From Acidobacteriota bacterium (GTDB lineage Bacteria; Acidobacteriota; UBA4820; DSQY01): a stretch of 64,000 bases of DNA. The position numbers and the translations under genes were made by a program. This document shows, one piece after another, positions 61,166 through 64,000 of this stretch (its first letter is position 1; each line of letters begins with the position of its first letter). The stretch lies in the NCBI GenBank assembly GCA_049967655.1, contig JBMFSH010000003.1, forward strand, positions 78,937 through 142,936. The letters are read 5' to 3'. The notes under the pieces were generated by a model. It made no database searches. It was not told where the DNA came from and was given only the letters and a program-made list of their open reading frames with translations.

Positions 61166-61840
61166 TTACTTCTCTTCGATGCCCGTGACCTTGATGAAGT
61201 GGTCCACCAACTCGGAAGAAGCGTTGCTCATCTCGATGGAGATGAGGTCGGACTTGTTGACGAAGTAGTTGTAGAACCACACGGCGGGGATGGCCACGAA
61301 CAGACCGAAAGCCGTGGTGATGAGGGCCTCAGAAATACCGCCGGCCACGGCGCCGATGCCGCCGGAGCCGGTGAGGGCCATACCGCGAAAGGCGTTGATG
61401 ATGCCGATGACCGTTCCGAACAGACCGACGAAGGGAGCCGTGGCGCCGATGGTAGCCAGGGAGCTCAGGCCGCGCTTCATCTCGGAGGAGGTCTTCACGG
61501 TGGCGCGCTCGATGGCCCGCTTCGCCGCCTCGATGACGTTGTACTGAACGCCACCGCTCGTATTGGCCTTGAACTCCAGGAGCGCGGCGGAGAAGACCTT
61601 CGCGAGGTGGCTGCCCTTGAACTTCTTGGCCAGGTCGATGCACTCATCCAGCTTGTTCTGCTTCAGCAGGTTGCCCACCTTGCCGATGAACTCCAGGGAC
61701 TGTTTCTTGGCCGACCGGAAGACGATGAACCGGTCGATGAAGACCCAAATGGAGATCAAGCTCATGAGCATGAGGAGCATGGCCACGGCTTTGGCCAGAA
61801 AACCCATGCTGTTCCAGAGGTCGATAATGCTAAAACTCAT
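61166..61840 (-). CDS. exbB: MotA/TolQ/ExbB proton channel
   Basis: LATIGATAPFVGLFGTV.GII, GISEALITTAFGL.VAIPA. Confidence 0.92.
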   Translation of the reverse strand: MSFSIIDLWNSMGFLAKAVAMLLMLMSLISIWVFIDRFIVFRSAKKQSLEFIGKVGNLLKQNKLDECIDLAKKFKGSHLAKVFSAALLEFKANTSGGVQYNVIEAAKRAIERATVKTSSEMKRGLSSLATIGATAPFVGLFGTVIGIINAFRGMALTGSGGIGAVAGGISEALITTAFGLFVAIPAVWFYNYFVNKSDLISIEMSNASSELVDHFIKVTGIEEK

Positions 61841-61878
61841 TGCCGGGACTCCTTTCTTCGGTAAGCCAACCGTGAACC

Positions 61879-62598
61879 CTACTGAACCTTAAAGTTTATC
61901 GTCACGAGCCAATAGACCGACACCGCCTGACCGGCTTCCGTCGTGGGCGTCGAGTACTTCCATTTCCGGACCGCATCCAGCGCCGCCTGATTGAAAATGG
62001 GGTTGGTGGACTGAACCACGCGGGCGTTGGTCACGTCGCCGTGCTCGTCGATGACGATCTCCACGACGACGCGGCCGGCGAGCCCCATGGCCTGGGCGGC
62101 GGGCGGATAGACGGGGTTGACCTGGTCGATCAGTTTGGGCTGGCGGATGGAGCCCATGGGGAGGATCTTCTGTTGCTGCTGGCCGGTGTCCACACCGCCG
62201 AGTACTCCCCCGAGCACGCCACCTTCGACGCCGCCCTCGACGCCGCCTTCGACGCCGCCCTCACCGCTGCTACCGGCATTCGGGTTGGGCGGAGGAAGCT
62301 TTTCGGGGATGACCGTGGGGGCCACCAGCTTCTCGGGGTTGATGGGAGGGGCAATGGGGGTCTTGGCCGCAGCCACCTTCGGCGGGGGCGGCGGAGGTGG
62401 CGGTGGAGGCGGAGGCGGTGCCGCGCTGAAAAAGCTGATGGTGATGGGCGGGGGTTCGAGCGTGTCCGCGGCATAGATCGAGTAGAGAACGAGCCCCAGG
62501 ATCAGGACGACGTGGAGCGCCACAGTCAGGGGGAAGGTCCAGATTTTGATCTTGGAGACCTTCTGCCGCTTCGTTTCGACTAGCGAGTCTTCAAACAT
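61879..62598 (-). CDS. tonB: TonB family energy transducer
   Basis: MFEDSL start, TM with His, poly-Pro, (GGVE)n, P.YP..A...G.V..AALDAVRKW. Confidence 0.9.
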   Translation of the reverse strand: MFEDSLVETKRQKVSKIKIWTFPLTVALHVVLILGLVLYSIYAADTLEPPPITISFFSAAPPPPPPPPPPPPPKVAAAKTPIAPPINPEKLVAPTVIPEKLPPPNPNAGSSGEGGVEGGVEGGVEGGVLGGVLGGVDTGQQQQKILPMGSIRQPKLIDQVNPVYPPAAQAMGLAGRVVVEIVIDEHGDVTNARVVQSTNPIFNQAALDAVRKWKYSTPTTEAGQAVSVYWLVTINFKVQ

Positions 62599-62610
62599 GT
62601 GGGCACCTCG

Positions 62611-63534
62611 TCAATTCTGGGAAGCGTTTGCCGAAGGGGAACCCGGAGCCGTCGCGGTGGCGGGCGAACCGCTGCCTCCCTTGCGAATTTCCAGGGCAAT
62701 GTCGCGTTCCTTGTTGGCCATGGTGAGGAAGTCGTCGGCCTGCTGGAGCAGCTCCTTCTTTTTCTGCCGGTTCTTTTCCTGGTCCGCGGCGTTCTTCGCC
62801 AACTCGGACTTTTGCCGGTAAAGAAGGTTCAAGTAGAGGTGGCCGGTAAAGTTCTTGGGATCGAGCTGAAGGGCCTTCTGCAGGGCCGCAACGCCCTCGT
62901 CCACGATCTGTGAGCGCACGGCATCGGGGTCCTGCTTCTGGTAGGAGCGCTGCCAGCAGAGGGCGCCGATGAAGAGATAGCCGGCGGGATCGTTGGGCGT
63001 GAGCTCGGCCTTTTTCTTCGAGTACTCCAGGGACTTCGGGAAATTGCCCATCTTCCCGTACATGGTGGCGAGGATCTGCATGATGCGGGGGTCGGTGGGG
63101 TCTTTCTGCAGGGCCTTCTCGTAGTATTTAATCCCGTCGGCGAGAAGGTTCTGGTTGATGTAGAGGTTGATGATGTAGTCCTGGACCTGATCGTCCTTGC
63201 CCACGATGTCGAGGTACTTCTGAAAGGCGTTCAGGGCCTTCTGAGTGTACTCCTGGTCCTTCTTTTGCATGGAGCCGGGAGTCACAAGGCTCCAGTAGCA
63301 GAAGGCGAGGTACTTCCAGTTCTCGGCCCGGCTCGGGTTGATGGCGAGGGCCCGCTCGTAGTCCTTGGCAGCCTCCTCGAAGTGGCCGGACTTGTAGGCC
63401 TTGGCCGCATCCTTCATGGCGATGTGCTCGTTGAGAGAAGCACAACCCGAAAGCGTGGCCGCGAGGAAGAGAACCCCCAGCAGCCATAGGACCCTGCTTT
63501 TCCACTTCAGCCTGTCAGAATGGCCCAGACTCAT
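62611..63534 (-). CDS. TPR lipoprotein
   Basis: LSGC lipobox; multiple TPR helices. Confidence 0.85.
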   Translation of the reverse strand: MSLGHSDRLKWKSRVLWLLGVLFLAATLSGCASLNEHIAMKDAAKAYKSGHFEEAAKDYERALAINPSRAENWKYLAFCYWSLVTPGSMQKKDQEYTQKALNAFQKYLDIVGKDDQVQDYIINLYINQNLLADGIKYYEKALQKDPTDPRIMQILATMYGKMGNFPKSLEYSKKKAELTPNDPAGYLFIGALCWQRSYQKQDPDAVRSQIVDEGVAALQKALQLDPKNFTGHLYLNLLYRQKSELAKNAADQEKNRQKKKELLQQADDFLTMANKERDIALEIRKGGSGSPATATAPGSPSANASQN

Positions 63535-64000
63535 TGCAATGGCCTCCCAGAGGGTTCCCTAGTTCATAGGGCTGATTCTACGGTTGTGGTGCTTTCTGTG
63601 AAGCCGGCCGCGGTGACTGCCCGCCGCCGAAGCTTGACCCCGCTGTCGCAACGACTCCGCTGAAAATCACCCCTTACGCATGGACCACCCGTGCGGTCCA
63701 GCCAAGAGGGCCATAAGAACATATCTAGGGAATTTTGGCAAGCTCCCCCGCCCCCCTTTTCAAATGGGGGTTTTAGCCCAATCCCAAGGTCTAATGTAAG
63801 GCGCGGGGATAAAGTGCGCCACGGTCTCGCGTCGGGCCGTCGGGGAGGTAAACCGGCGAGGCGAGAGTGATCCCCAATCCCGCGATGGAACGGGGACAAG
63901 AACATGGAAAGTAGGCTGGGCAAGCCATTGAAGAAGGGGCCCTTGTCACCTATCAAGGGATTGGGGCGCCCTCGAGCCAAGGGCGGGCACCAAGGATGGG

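Noticed and set aside
62200..62420. GC-rich repeats in tonB
   Set aside because: They encode the ordinary poly-Pro and GGVE linker of TonB proteins.

Overview
High-GC bacterial chromosomal segment, probably Acidobacteriota (inferred from the MFEDSL-type TonB and general gene content; not verifiable here). It is mostly housekeeping and signalling genes. These include two PAS sensor proteins, murJ-dtd-fpr-xerD, a Dif-like chemosensory operon (cheR-mcp-cheW-cheY-cheA-cheC), methionine gamma-lyase, class II photolyase, radical SAM-rng, ssb/rsmD/selB, and an Fe-S operon with an OrpR-like sigma54 activator. Further along are tRNA-Pro followed by decayed genes, fecR-like-GGDEF-mreBCD-mrdA-rodA-moeB, an ALDH lacking both catalytic residues, dinG, hppA, and a TPR-tonB-exbB-exbD-exbD cluster. 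The most unusual signal is intergenic. There are two transposase-less MITE families (one copy of each has a perfect target-site duplication), REP-like hairpins, and many 7-9-mer tandem arrays whose strand polarity follows gene direction. No CRISPR, rRNA, transposase or prophage was seen. Start codons were often re-picked relative to the ORF track; all alignments were done by eye.
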